Shown: piece after piece, positions 30,697-40,485 of the stretch
How positions within the stretch are numbered: position 1 is the first letter of the stretch
Layout of the letters: each line of letters opens with the position of its first letter
From: Bacillota bacterium
GTDB taxonomy: Bacteria; Bacillota; Clostridia; Peptostreptococcales; Anaerovoracaceae
Assembly: GCA_017437745.1 (NCBI GenBank)
Contig: JAFRYI010000006.1
Location: 1,964 to 65,963 of the forward strand
Direction: 5' to 3'
DNA: 64,000 bases
The notes under the pieces: model-generated
What the model saw: only the letters and a program-made list of their open reading frames with translations
Databases searched by the model: none
What the model was told of the DNA's origin: nothing
Translations under genes and position numbers: made by a program

Positions 30697-31887
30697 ATGG
30701 AAAGATGCATAGGAGCAGTATCCAGGGGCGTCAGAGCACCCATCATCAGGGAAGGTGACGACATCGTAAAGATCGTTGCCGACAGCGTGCTTAAGGCCAG
30801 CGAGGAACACGGCATAGAATTCTGCGACCGCGACGTAGTTGCAGTCACGGAGTCCGTCGTCGCAAGGGCTCAGGGCAATTACGCTACCACCCAGGATATT
30901 GCGGACGACATTAAGGCAAAGATACCGAGCGGCGAATTCGGCGTGGTTTTCCCGATCCTTTCCAGGAACCGTTTCGCGATCTGCCTGCGCGGCATGGCCA
31001 AGGCAGCAAAGAAGATCTATCTTATGCTCAGCTACCCCTCCGATGAGGTGGGCAACCACCTTATCTCCGTGGACAAGGTCGACGAGGCCGGCGTAGACCC
31101 GTTCCGCGACGTACTCAGCGAGCCTCAGTGGAGATCGTACTTCGGCTTCGAGAAGCATAGATTCACCGGCGTGGACTACATCGAGTATTACAAGAAACTG
31201 ATCCAGGAAGAGGGCGCCAACGTGGAGATAATCTTCGCAAACGACGTGCGCGCAATCCTTAACTACACCAAGAACGTCATCACCTGCGACATCCACACCA
31301 GAGAGCGCAGCAAGAGGCTCCTTAAGGCCGCCGGCGCGGAGATCGTCCTGGGCATGGACGACATACTCACCGCTCCCGTAAACGGCTCCGGCTGCAACGA
31401 GAAGTTCGGTCTGCTGGGCAGCAACAAGGCTACGGAAGACAAGGTAAAGCTCTTCCCCAGAGACTGCCAGCCCGTAGTGGACGGAATAGCGGAGCGCCTC
31501 AGGGCAGCCACCGGCAAGCACATAGAAGTAATGATCTACGGTGACGGAGCGTTCAAGGACCCCGTAGGCAAGATCTGGGAGCTTGCGGACCCGGTAGTAA
31601 GCCCGGCTCACACCGCGGGTCTTGTGGGACAGCCCAACGAGCTTAAGCTTAAGTATCTGGCGGACAACGATTTTGCGGATCTTTCCGGCGAGGCTCTTAA
31701 GGACGCCATCTCCGACGCGATAAAAGCCAAGGAGTCCGACCTTGTTGGCAACATGGCTTCCGAGGGCACCACGCCCAGACAGCTGACCGACCTTCTGGGT
31801 TCCCTGTGCGACCTTACCTCCGGCTCCGGAGACAAGGGAACTCCGATAATCTGGATCCAGGGCTACTTCGACAACTTTACGATGTAA
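30697..31887 (+). CDS. CofE-like protein (F420-0:gamma-glutamyl ligase family fold), function unknown
   Basis: 396 aa. N-terminal VVAVTESVVARAQG and C-terminal LGSLCDLTSGSGDKGTPIIWIQG resemble conserved CofE-family blocks. Called from memory of the family, without an HMM. Confidence 0.5.
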   Translation: MERCIGAVSRGVRAPIIREGDDIVKIVADSVLKASEEHGIEFCDRDVVAVTESVVARAQGNYATTQDIADDIKAKIPSGEFGVVFPILSRNRFAICLRGMAKAAKKIYLMLSYPSDEVGNHLISVDKVDEAGVDPFRDVLSEPQWRSYFGFEKHRFTGVDYIEYYKKLIQEEGANVEIIFANDVRAILNYTKNVITCDIHTRERSKRLLKAAGAEIVLGMDDILTAPVNGSGCNEKFGLLGSNKATEDKVKLFPRDCQPVVDGIAERLRAATGKHIEVMIYGDGAFKDPVGKIWELADPVVSPAHTAGLVGQPNELKLKYLADNDFADLSGEALKDAISDAIKAKESDLVGNMASEGTTPRQLTDLLGSLCDLTSGSGDKGTPIIWIQGYFDNFTM

Positions 31888-31955
31888 AGCAGGGGACGGT
31901 CCAAGGCGCGATCAAGGCCTTACGGCCATGCGCGCATACAAATAATCAGACTTGT

Positions 31956-31994
31956 AAAGAACGCTTGAATTTTCAGGCGTTCTTTTGTTATAAT
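31956..31994 (+). terminator. terminator after the CofE-like gene overlapping an extended -10 (TGTTATAAT 31986-31994) for proB
   Basis: AAAGAACGC-ttgaattttcag-GCGTTCTTT followed by TGTTATAAT. Confidence 0.6.
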
Positions 31995-32056
31995 GCAACA
32001 AAGCAATTATTAGTTTTTTTGTGTATAAAACCGGCGGCATATCATCGGAGAGAAAT

Positions 32057-32827
32057 ATGAGAGCAGTAGTCAAGATAGGCACATCGAACATCACTTATTC
32101 CACGGGGCGGCTGAACATACGCCACATGGAGGCGCTGTGCAAGGTCCTGAGCGACATAAAGAACAGCGGATGCGAGCTTATAGTGGTGTCCTCGGGCGCT
32201 ACGGCAATGGGCGTAGGCAAACTTAAACTTTCCGAAAAGCCTAAGGACATGCCGGGCAAGCAGGCCTGCGCGGCCGTGGGACAGTGCGAGCTGATGTACA
32301 CTTACGACAAGATGTTTACGGAGCACGGTCACACCGTGGCGCAGATCCTGATAACCGGGGACGACCTGAGCGACGCCTCGCGTTACAGCAATTTCGCCAA
32401 CACCGTGGAAAGACTGCTGGAACTTAAGGCGCTGCCGATAATAAACGAGAACGACACGGTCTCCACCGTGGAGTACGGTGTGGGAGACAACGACACTCTG
32501 GGCGCTCTGGTCGCCGCGGGAGTAAAGGCGGACCTACTGGTGCTGCTTTCGGACATCGACGGGCTGTATACCGCGGATCCCAGGAAGGACCCGGACGCCA
32601 AGCTTATCCCGGTCGTGGAGGAGCTTACGGACGAAATAATGGCTCTTGGCGGCGAAAAGGGCAGCGCTCTCGGAACGGGCGGCATGGCGACCAAGCTCGG
32701 CGCGGCAAAGATCTGCATGAAGAACGGCATAGACATGGCGATAATCAACGGCGCTAACGAGCAGAGCCTGTACGACATAATGGAAGGCAAAGCCACAGGG
32801 ACGCTGTTCGTAGGCAAGAAAGCATAG
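32057..32827 (+). CDS. proB: glutamate 5-kinase (short form without PUA domain)
   Basis: ORF track gives 32021. I trimmed it to ATG 32057 (MRAVVKIGTSNITY...), which has GGAG 6 nt upstream. VSSGA and INENDTV motifs are present. Confidence 0.9.
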   Translation: MRAVVKIGTSNITYSTGRLNIRHMEALCKVLSDIKNSGCELIVVSSGATAMGVGKLKLSEKPKDMPGKQACAAVGQCELMYTYDKMFTEHGHTVAQILITGDDLSDASRYSNFANTVERLLELKALPIINENDTVSTVEYGVGDNDTLGALVAAGVKADLLVLLSDIDGLYTADPRKDPDAKLIPVVEELTDEIMALGGEKGSALGTGGMATKLGAAKICMKNGIDMAIINGANEQSLYDIMEGKATGTLFVGKKA

Positions 32828-32892
32828 CGGTCGCCGGCGTGCGGGAGTACATCTAGCAACCATCGGTGTAGACGCAGTTTACGGGTAATATC

Positions 32893-34152
32893 ATGAAGAC
32901 TACATTTGAGATAATTAAAAACGCAAGGCAGGCGGCGCCGGTACTGGCGGCGTCGGACACAGGCACAAGAAACAAGGCGCTTCTGGCCATGGCGGACCGT
33001 CTGGAAGAGGCGACCGGGGACATCCTTAAGGCCAACGCGGAGGACGTGGAAGCGTCCAGGGAAAAATACGGCGCTGTAATGATAGACCGGCTGATGCTCT
33101 CTGAGGAGCGCATTAAGGGCATGGCGGACGGAATAAGGGACGTCGTGGCTCTTCCGGATCCTGTAGGGAAGGTGCTTGCGGAGGTCGTAAGGCCCAACGG
33201 ACTTGTAATAAAGAAGACCGCGGTGCCGTTGGGCGTCATCTCCATAATATACGAGAGCAGGCCGAACGTTACGTCGGATGCGGCATCTCTGGCGATAAAG
33301 TCCGCCAACGCGGCGGTGCTGAGGGGCGGCAAGGAGTCGTTCAGATCCAATTACGCTATAACCGTTGCGCTTAAAAAGGGCCTTGCGGACGCGGGGCTTC
33401 CCGAGGACCTCGTGGGTCTTGTGGAGGATACGACCAGGGCCAGCGCGCTGGAGATAATGCAGGCCGAGGGGCTTATAGACCTTCTAATACCCAGGGGCGG
33501 CGCGGGGCTTATCAAAAGCTGCATGCAGAACGCCAAGGTGCCCTGCATAGAGACCGGCACGGGCATATGCCACATTTATGTGGACGCGTCCGCGGACCTG
33601 GACAAGGCGGTAAGGATAATAGAGAACGCCAAGACCAGCAGGCCGTCCGTTTGCAACGCGGAGGAAGTGCTGCTGGTGCACAGGGACATAGCCGGAAAGT
33701 TCCTGCCAATGGTATCCGCAAGGCTGAGGGACGACAGAAAGGCCAGGGGATTGGTGCCCGTTGAGCTTCGCCTGGACGCGGAGGCTGCCGCAATAATAGA
33801 CGGCACGCTCGCCGGGGCGCAGGACTTCGACACGGAGTTCCTGGACTACATTCTGGCCGTTGGGGTCGTAGGCAGCGTGGAAGAGGCTGTGGCGCACGTT
33901 CAGAAGCATTCCACGCATCACAGCGACGCTATAATAACTGAGGACAGGGCGGCCGCGGACTTCTTTGTTAAGACCGTGGATTCGGCGGCGGTGTACGTTA
34001 ACGCGTCCACTCGCTTTACGGACGGAGGAGAGTTCGGTCTGGGCTGCGAGATGGGAATATCCACGCAGAAGCTCCACGCGAGGGGCCCCATGGGGCTTGC
34101 GGAGCTCTGCACGTATAAATACATAATCGAAGGCAGCGGTCAGATCCGCTGA
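32893..34152 (+). CDS. proA: glutamate-5-semialdehyde dehydrogenase
   Basis: 419 aa, aldehyde dehydrogenase-like, with a [10 protein letters not shown] active-site Cys region. Sits in the proB-proA-proC order. Confidence 0.93.
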   Translation: MKTTFEIIKNARQAAPVLAASDTGTRNKALLAMADRLEEATGDILKANAEDVEASREKYGAVMIDRLMLSEERIKGMADGIRDVVALPDPVGKVLAEVVRPNGLVIKKTAVPLGVISIIYESRPNVTSDAASLAIKSANAAVLRGGKESFRSNYAITVALKKGLADAGLPEDLVGLVEDTTRASALEIMQAEGLIDLLIPRGGAGLIKSCMQNAKVPCIETGTGICHIYVDASADLDKAVRIIENAKTSRPSVCNAEEVLLVHRDIAGKFLPMVSARLRDDRKARGLVPVELRLDAEAAAIIDGTLAGAQDFDTEFLDYILAVGVVGSVEEAVAHVQKHSTHHSDAIITEDRAAADFFVKTVDSAAVYVNASTRFTDGGEFGLGCEMGISTQKLHARGPMGLAELCTYKYIIEGSGQIR

Positions 34153-34211
34153 GCAGGCATTTCGGGCCGCAAACAGGCTTTAACAGCGGACCGGGCGGCC
34201 GGGAGGACAAG

Positions 34212-35021
34212 ATGGCAAAGAAAACAACAGCAGGCTTCATAGGATGCGGCAACATGGGCGGAGTGCTCGCCGCAGTGGCCGCGAAAGCGCTGGGCGGAGA
34301 CAACATATATGTGTTCGACAAACATCCGGAAAAGACCGGAAAACTGTCACTGAATTACGGTTGCAAAATCGCCGAGCTGCCGGAAATACTTGAAAAATGC
34401 GGAATCATCGTGCTTGGAGTAAAGCCGCAGGCGCTCCCCGGACTGGTGGGATCGATAAAGGAGCCGCTGTCGAAGAGGGCGGATCGCTATGCTGTGGTAA
34501 GCATGGCGGCGGGGGTAAAGACCTCCGCGATAGAGGCCGCGTTGGGAGAAGTTCCGGTGGTGCGCATAATGCCCAACACACCCTGCGCAAGCGGCGAGGG
34601 CGTAATACTGTGCTCCAAAGGCAGTTTCGCGAGCGAAAAGGACATGGAGGCGGTGCTTAAGATGTTCGAGCCGGCCGGCAAGCTGCTTACCATGCCGGAG
34701 AGCAAGATCGACGCCGGATGCGCTGTGTCCGGCTGCGGACCCGCGTTCGTGTTCATGTTCATAGACTCGCTGATCGACGGAGGCGTGCGCGCGGGGCTTA
34801 CCAGAGCAGAAGCGAAGCTTCTTGCCGAGCAGACCGTGCTGGGTTCCGCGAAATACGCTCTGGAAACAGGCGCCGAGCCTGCGAAGCTTAAGGCGGACGT
34901 CTGCTCGCCCAAGGGCAGCACGATAGAGGGCGTGGCGGTGCTGGAGGAGTACTCGCTTCGTTCGGCCGTCATGGAGGCTGTAAAAGCTTCGTACGAGCGT
35001 ACCGTGGAGCTGGGGAAGTAG
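34212..35021 (+). CDS. proC: pyrroline-5-carboxylate reductase
   Basis: 269 aa. N-terminal GFIGCGNMGG Rossmann motif and C-terminal SPKGSTIEG motif. Confidence 0.9.
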   Translation: MAKKTTAGFIGCGNMGGVLAAVAAKALGGDNIYVFDKHPEKTGKLSLNYGCKIAELPEILEKCGIIVLGVKPQALPGLVGSIKEPLSKRADRYAVVSMAAGVKTSAIEAALGEVPVVRIMPNTPCASGEGVILCSKGSFASEKDMEAVLKMFEPAGKLLTMPESKIDAGCAVSGCGPAFVFMFIDSLIDGGVRAGLTRAEAKLLAEQTVLGSAKYALETGAEPAKLKADVCSPKGSTIEGVAVLEEYSLRSAVMEAVKASYERTVELGK

Positions 35022-35101
35022 GATCGGAGCGATAGGCGCCGGCTGACGGATCAGCATCGAGCGGAGCGGGCGACGGAAAGCAATAATCATGACAGTTAAT
35101 A

Positions 35102-35133
35102 CCCGGGCAGAGCGCTGTCCGGGTTTGTCTTTG
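35102..35133 (+). terminator. intrinsic terminator after proC
   Basis: CCCGGGCAG-agcg-CTGTCCGGG followed by TTTGTCTTTG. Confidence 0.7.
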
Positions 35134-35171
35134 CCAATATATGCAGAACGCTGTCCGGGTTTGTCTTTGCC
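35107..35171 (+). repeat. 36-bp tandem duplication (2 copies)
   Basis: GCAGAGCGCTGTCCGGGTTTGTCTTTGCC (35107-35135) is repeated as GCAGAACGCTGTCCGGGTTTGTCTTTGCC (35143-35171). Confidence 0.85.
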
Positions 35172-35244
35172 TATATAATATGGTAAAATGTCTTGGTCTG
35201 CGGCCGGGGCTTAGGCCCGAATTATCAAACAGACCGACTTCTGA

Positions 35245-37500
35245 ATGGAAAACATACAAACAAATCAGATAAACGTTAGATATATTAGACTTGATATTCT
35301 CAGGGTCATCTGCTGCGCGGCGGTCCTGCTCTATCACACGGGCATCCTGCGCGGCGGTTTCTTTGCCGTCTGCACATTCTTCGTCCTGACCGGCTACCTG
35401 AGCGTAAAGTCCGCTTTCCGTCAGGAGCGTTTCAACATCCTTAAGCACTATCTAAAGAGGCTGCTGCACATCTACCTGCCGCTCCTGGTCGTAGTGCTGA
35501 TCACTGTAGGCGTGATTTCGCTGCTTCCGCAGATAAGATGGCTGAATCTTAAGCCGGAGACCACGTCCGTGCTGCTGGGATACAACAATTTCTGGCAGAT
35601 CGCGGCCAGCCAGGACTACTTCGCAAGGCATACGGATTCTCCGTTCATCCATTTCTGGTACATCGGGATACTTCTGCAGTTCGAGCTGATATTCCCGATT
35701 GTTTTCGTAGTCCTGAAGTTCATAGGAAAGAAGATAAGCAGGGCGCTTGCTTGTCTGATCCCGCTGGCGGTGTGCGCGGCCAGCTTCGTGTTCTTCAGCC
35801 GGCTTATCGCGGAGGGGCGAATAACGGAGGCCTACTACCACAGCATGGCCAGGGCATTCGCACCTTTCCTGGGTGTTGTCCTGGGGCTCGCGGAGGAGTA
35901 TTGGGGACCGATGGTCCCGAAAGCTCTGCGCGGCAGTTCGGCGTCCGCGTGGGTGTTCGGGGTCTATCTGGTGATCTTCGCCGCGATCAACTGCGCGCTG
36001 GACAGCAGCTTTAAATACCTTGCTCTGCTGTTCCTTGTTGTGACGCTTATAAGCGCAAGGCTGGTAAGCTATGCCGGAGTTTCCGTGTCAAGGCATGAAA
36101 AGGCCGGGGGCTTTAAGGTGCTCAGCCTTCTTGCCAACGTGTCCTACGAGATCTACCTGGTCCAGTACCCCATCATATTCCTCTGCGCGGAACTGTTTTC
36201 GCAGACGCTCAGCGAGGGGGCGCGCTGCGCCGCTATCATAATATCGACCATACTTATCGCGCTGCTGATGCATTACGGTCTTTATTTCCGCAAGGGTCAG
36301 AAGCCCGCAGGTCTTAAAATTGCAACGCTTATCGTACTTTTGCTTGCGACTGCGGGCGGTGGTTACTATTTTTCAGTTGCAGAAGATCACACGCAGGAGC
36401 TCGCTGAGCTTGAGCAAAGACTGGAGGAGAATGCTCGCGAGATGGAGGCCCGCCAGCAGGCCATCGCGGAGCAGAGCAGAAACGACGAGGACAAGTGGAC
36501 AGAGCTCCTTCAGAGCTTCGACGGCGGCGAGGAAAAAGTGCTGGAGGCGGTCAGACAGATGCGCGTCGTGTGCATCGGGGATTCGGTAATGCTGGGAGCC
36601 CTGGACGAACTTATGAAGACCTTCCCCAACGGCTGGTTCGACGCGAAGAAATCCCGCACGGCGTGGGTCCTTCCGGACATTCTCGGCCGCCTTAACAACG
36701 ACGACCTGATGGGTGACATCATAGTCGTAAACTTCGGGGCCAACGGCGACAGCCCTTACAGGGTAAAAGAGACGGCCATGGACATGCTGGCCGGGAAAAA
36801 GGTCTACTGGCTGACCAACACCAACCCCAAGACGGACAATTCCAACACGGCCATCTACCAGCTCGCCGAACAGTACGACAACCTTACCATAGTGGACTGG
36901 CTGAGCATAAGCAGCGGCCATCCGGACTGGTTCTTCGCGGACGGCATGCACCTGACGGAAGAGGGCCGCAAAGCGTTCGCGAAAACCATAGTTGACGCGA
37001 TCAGCGATCCTTACATAAACGAATGGCGTCAGAAAAAGGCGCAGGCCGAGGCCGAATACGAAACGTACAGGAGCCAGATGGTGTCCTTCTTCGGCAACGA
37101 TCTGCTTACCAACGTCTACCCGCTGATACAGGAGGATTACGCGCACGCTTCGTTCAGGACCTACGAACAGTTCGACACGGACGCGCTGCTGGCGGACATG
37201 AAGACCGCTTCCGGCAGCATGACCCTGGCCGACAAAGTGCTGCTGTTGCTTGACGCGACCGTGGAGATAACGCAGGACGAGCTCAGGAGGATAAAGGACT
37301 TCTGCGGAGAACGCACTCTGTGGCTGGTCACCCCCGGCAGAACAGCCGTCGTAGCAGCGGACGGCAGCCTTACAAATGTTAAGACCTGGAAGCCGCAGGG
37401 CGGAAAGATGTTCATGGCGGACGACGTGCACCTTACTCCGCAGGGTAACGAGGCACTTCGCAAAGCGCTGCTGGATCTGGGGCTCGTGGTCGCGCCGTAG
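35245..37500 (+). CDS. acyltransferase-3 family membrane protein fused to SGNH-type domain (OatA-like O-acetyltransferase)
   Basis: 751 aa. N-terminal RLDILRVICCAAVLLYH multi-TM acyltransferase_3 pattern. C-terminal VVCIGDSVMLGA...NFGANGD SGNH-like blocks plus an extra tail domain. Confidence 0.75.
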   Translation: MENIQTNQINVRYIRLDILRVICCAAVLLYHTGILRGGFFAVCTFFVLTGYLSVKSAFRQERFNILKHYLKRLLHIYLPLLVVVLITVGVISLLPQIRWLNLKPETTSVLLGYNNFWQIAASQDYFARHTDSPFIHFWYIGILLQFELIFPIVFVVLKFIGKKISRALACLIPLAVCAASFVFFSRLIAEGRITEAYYHSMARAFAPFLGVVLGLAEEYWGPMVPKALRGSSASAWVFGVYLVIFAAINCALDSSFKYLALLFLVVTLISARLVSYAGVSVSRHEKAGGFKVLSLLANVSYEIYLVQYPIIFLCAELFSQTLSEGARCAAIIISTILIALLMHYGLYFRKGQKPAGLKIATLIVLLLATAGGGYYFSVAEDHTQELAELEQRLEENAREMEARQQAIAEQSRNDEDKWTELLQSFDGGEEKVLEAVRQMRVVCIGDSVMLGALDELMKTFPNGWFDAKKSRTAWVLPDILGRLNNDDLMGDIIVVNFGANGDSPYRVKETAMDMLAGKKVYWLTNTNPKTDNSNTAIYQLAEQYDNLTIVDWLSISSGHPDWFFADGMHLTEEGRKAFAKTIVDAISDPYINEWRQKKAQAEAEYETYRSQMVSFFGNDLLTNVYPLIQEDYAHASFRTYEQFDTDALLADMKTASGSMTLADKVLLLLDATVEITQDELRRIKDFCGERTLWLVTPGRTAVVAADGSLTNVKTWKPQGGKMFMADDVHLTPQGNEALRKALLDLGLVVAP

Positions 37501-37530
37501 CACGCCTGAAGCAGAACAGGGGCCGGACAG

Positions 37531-37572
37531 CCGGGCCGCAGTTGTAAGATCAGCGCCCCGGCGGCCTTTTTT
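37531..37572 (+). terminator. probable terminator after the acyltransferase gene
   Basis: GC-rich hairpin (GGGCCGC...GCGGCC) followed by TTTTTT. Confidence 0.55.
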
Positions 37573-37676
37573 CGGGTCAAACTATTAACGATAATGCAAT
37601 TTTTCTCTCATATGTAGTATAATCAAATGGATGGTCAGGAAACATTTCCCGGCCCGCAGTCGATCCGGAGGACGAT

Positions 37677-37904
37677 ATGAAGAACTATGAATTAACGATC
37701 GAAAGACGTCAGCCTACCTGCGGAGGGCAGTCGCCGTTCAAATGCGAGATCCGCAGCGTGTCGACCGACGATCCGGTCGCTTACGTCAGGACACTGGAGC
37801 CGAACGGCGAGCTTAACGTAAGCACGGACGCTAACGGAGATCTGTGCGTAGAGCACACGGATCCCAGAGGATTCAACGTCAAATACATCTTCACAGAAGA
37901 GTAA
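37677..37904 (+). CDS. hypothetical small protein (75 aa)
   Basis: Strong SD (GGAGGA, 5 nt spacing). Coding-like composition. A TAGTATAAT -10 lies about 55 nt upstream. No family recognised. Confidence 0.5.
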   Translation: MKNYELTIERRQPTCGGQSPFKCEIRSVSTDDPVAYVRTLEPNGELNVSTDANGDLCVEHTDPRGFNVKYIFTEE

Positions 37905-37945
37905 TGATATAATTGCGCAGCTGCGCGGGAAGGAAAGGAACAATA

Positions 37946-39559
37946 ATGGCAAAGATCGATCTCAGCAAGTACGGAATCACCGGCGCGACCGAAATCATCC
38001 ACAATCCGTCGTACGAACTCCTCTTCGAGGAAGAAATGAAGGAAGGCCTTACCGGATTCGACGTAGGTACACTTACGGAGCTGGATACCGTAAACGTAAT
38101 GACAGGCGTCTACACCGGACGTTCGCCCAAGGACAAGTACATCGTAATGGATGCCAACTCCAAGGACACCGTTTGGTGGACCACTCCGGAATATCCCAAC
38201 GACAACCACCCCATGGACGAAAAGACCTGGGCCATCGTTAAAGATCTTGCCCAGAAGCAGCTCTCCGGCAAGAGGCTCTTCGTAATGGACGCTTTCTGCG
38301 GCGCCAACAAGGACACCCGCATGGCAGTGCGCTTCGTAATGGAAGTCGCCTGGCAGGCTCACTTCGTAAAGAACATGTTCATCCAGCCTACCGCTGAAGA
38401 GCTGGAGACATTCGAGCCGAACTTCGTGGTATACACCGCCTCCAAGGCAAAGGTGACCAACTACAAGGAACTGGGCCTCAACTCCGAGACCTGCGTAGCC
38501 TTCAACGTAAGCTCCAGAGAACAGGTAATACTCAACACCTGGTACGGCGGCGAGATGAAGAAGGGTATGTTCTCCATGATGAACTACTACCTGCCGCTCA
38601 AGGGCATCGCATCCATGCACTGCTCCGCCAACACCGACATGGAAGGCAAGAACACAGCCATCTTCTTCGGTCTGTCCGGAACAGGCAAGACCACCCTTTC
38701 CACCGACCCCAAGCGTCTGCTGATCGGCGACGACGAGCACGGCTGGGACGACAACGGAGTATTCAACTTCGAGGGCGGCTGCTACGCTAAGGTAATCAAT
38801 CTGGACAAGGAATCCGAGCCCGACATCTACAACGCGATCAAGAGGAACGCTCTTCTTGAGAACGTTACCGTAGACAAGGACGGAAAGATAGACTTCGCGG
38901 ACAAGAGCGTCACCGAGAACACTCGTGTAAGCTATCCTATCGAGCACATAGAAAAGATCGTAAAGAAGGTAAGACCCACCTCCGCAGGCCCGGCCGCAGA
39001 GAACGTCATCTTCCTTTCCGCCGACGCTTTCGGCGTTCTGCCTCCGGTCTCTATCCTGGATCCCGAGCAGACCCAGTACTACTTCCTCTCCGGATTCACC
39101 GCCAAACTGGCAGGTACCGAGCGCGGCATAACCGAGCCCACACCCACCTTCTCCGCATGCTTCGGCCAGGCATTCCTGGAGCTGCCGCCCACAAAGTACG
39201 GCGAAGAGCTCGTTAAGAGGATGCAGAAGAGCGGCGCCAAGGCTTACCTTGTAAACACCGGATGGAACGGCACCGGCAAGCGCATCTCCATAAAGGATAC
39301 CCGCGGAATAATCGACGCCATCCTTAACGGAAACATCAACAAGGCGCCCACCAAGAAGCTGCCGTATTTCAACTTCGAGATACCCACACAGCTGGACGGC
39401 GTGGCATGGGGCATCCTGGATCCTCGCGACACCTATCAGAACCGCAACGAGTGGGAAGAGAAGGCTAAGGATCTTGCCGGAAGGTTCATCAAGAACTTCA
39501 AGAAGTACGAGACCACCGAGAAGGGCAAGAGCCTTGTAAAGGCAGGCCCGCAGCTGTAA
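37946..39559 (+). CDS. pckA: phosphoenolpyruvate carboxykinase (ATP)
   Basis: ORF track gives 37913. I trimmed it to ATG 37946 ([30 protein letters not shown]). Kinase-1a motif [13 protein letters not shown] is present. Confidence 0.93.
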   Translation: MAKIDLSKYGITGATEIIHNPSYELLFEEEMKEGLTGFDVGTLTELDTVNVMTGVYTGRSPKDKYIVMDANSKDTVWWTTPEYPNDNHPMDEKTWAIVKDLAQKQLSGKRLFVMDAFCGANKDTRMAVRFVMEVAWQAHFVKNMFIQPTAEELETFEPNFVVYTASKAKVTNYKELGLNSETCVAFNVSSREQVILNTWYGGEMKKGMFSMMNYYLPLKGIASMHCSANTDMEGKNTAIFFGLSGTGKTTLSTDPKRLLIGDDEHGWDDNGVFNFEGGCYAKVINLDKESEPDIYNAIKRNALLENVTVDKDGKIDFADKSVTENTRVSYPIEHIEKIVKKVRPTSAGPAAENVIFLSADAFGVLPPVSILDPEQTQYYFLSGFTAKLAGTERGITEPTPTFSACFGQAFLELPPTKYGEELVKRMQKSGAKAYLVNTGWNGTGKRISIKDTRGIIDAILNGNINKAPTKKLPYFNFEIPTQLDGVAWGILDPRDTYQNRNEWEEKAKDLAGRFIKNFKKYETTEKGKSLVKAGPQL

Positions 39560-39595
39560 CAGCATATTTAAGGAACAGTCGAAATAATTTAAAAG

Positions 39596-39740
39596 AGCGC
39601 CGCGCATGCTGTGCTCAAGGACACGCTCCCGCTTGGCCGGGAGCCCACCAGCGGTACTAAGCTCTGGCTTCGCCTTCCGGCTTGCCAGTCGCTAAGGACC
39701 GGGTCCCAAACAGTCCTTGGATCACAGCATGCGCGGCGCA
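39596..39740. repeat. ~145-bp imperfect-palindrome intergenic repeat, copy A
   Basis: Ends GCGCCGCGCATGCTGTG (39597-39613) and CACAGCATGCGCGGCGC (39723-39739) are perfect reverse complements. The interior closely matches the reverse complement of 54790-54935. Confidence 0.85.
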
Positions 39741-39764
39741 TTATATATGACAGACTGTTTCAGA

Positions 39765-39797
39765 ATTGAAAAGGACCGGGAAGCGTCCCCGGTCCTT
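39765..39797 (-). terminator. intrinsic terminator of the minus-strand small-protein operon
   Basis: On the minus strand, AAGGACCGGGG-acgctt-CCCGGTCCTT followed by TTCAATT. Confidence 0.7.
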
Positions 39798-39819
39798 AAA
39801 AGAACTAACGTATAATGCT

Positions 39820-39993
39820 TTATTTCTTGAACCTGTCGGCCAGGTTCTGGTTTTCCGTCTGCTTGTAGGCTCCGGCAGCCCTGTCCCTGTCGTTCTTCAT
39901 CTTTTCGGCGGTCTTGTCAACTCCGTTGGAGATGGCCTTGATCACAATCATAAGGACCAGGACGATGACGAAGAGTATAAGAAAATACTTCAT
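39820..39993 (-). CDS. hypothetical small membrane protein (57 aa)
   Basis: Below the ORF-track cutoff. My translation is MKYFLILFVIVLVLMIVIKAISNGVDKTAEKMKNDRDRAAGAYKQTENQNLADRFKK. GGAGG SD. Starts 12 nt after the upstream stop. Confidence 0.55.
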   Translation of the reverse strand: MKYFLILFVIVLVLMIVIKAISNGVDKTAEKMKNDRDRAAGAYKQTENQNLADRFKK

Positions 39994-40005
39994 TCAGGGC
40001 CTCCT

Positions 40006-40485
40006 TCAGATAAGGCTGCGCTTGGTCTTGATCTCGTTCTTGACGGTGGATACCTGCGCGTTGGGGTCCAGATCCAGGAAGATCTTTTCAACTCTGGTCT
40101 CTACGGCGTTCATCTCTATGTCGTGCTCCGGCGTGCCGTGCTTGGAGCTCCAGCTGATGAACTCGAAGCGGTAGACGCTGTGCTCGTCCGTCTGCTCCTT
40201 GTGGGAGATCTTCGCCTTAAAGTACGATCCCACTTCCAGGTACATGGTTCCGGTGTTGCCGGAGATCTTCATTCCGGGGTAGATGGATTTGATCCCGGAT
40301 CTGTTTACCGCGTCGAAGAATTCCTGATCGGTAACGGGTCTGATGGTAAAGATCTCCGCGTATTCCGCGAAATCCCTGGGACGGTCTATGATGTTGCCCT
40401 TGCTCTTCTGGCTGGATTTGTACCAGGCGCTGATGGCTATCGCGGCTATTATGAAGACGACCGCTATGATAACTTCCTTGACCAT
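40006..40485 (-). CDS. hypothetical membrane-anchored protein (159 aa)
   Basis: N-terminal TM helix followed by a soluble domain. Its ATG abuts the stop of the upstream 82-aa ORF. GAGGA SD. No family recognised. Confidence 0.65.
   Translation of the reverse strand: MVKEVIIAVVFIIAAIAISAWYKSSQKSKGNIIDRPRDFAEYAEIFTIRPVTDQEFFDAVNRSGIKSIYPGMKISGNTGTMYLEVGSYFKAKISHKEQTDEHSVYRFEFISWSSKHGTPEHDIEMNAVETRVEKIFLDLDPNAQVSTVKNEIKTKRSLI

Noticed and set aside
39640-39700. Resemblance of the repeat interior (AGCCGGAAGGCGAAGCC on the complementary strand) to the SRP RNA domain IV GGAA-loop region.
   Set aside because: The loop is not conserved in copy B (CTTAGGG). The element is present twice in opposite orientations. 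The rest of the SRP consensus is absent.
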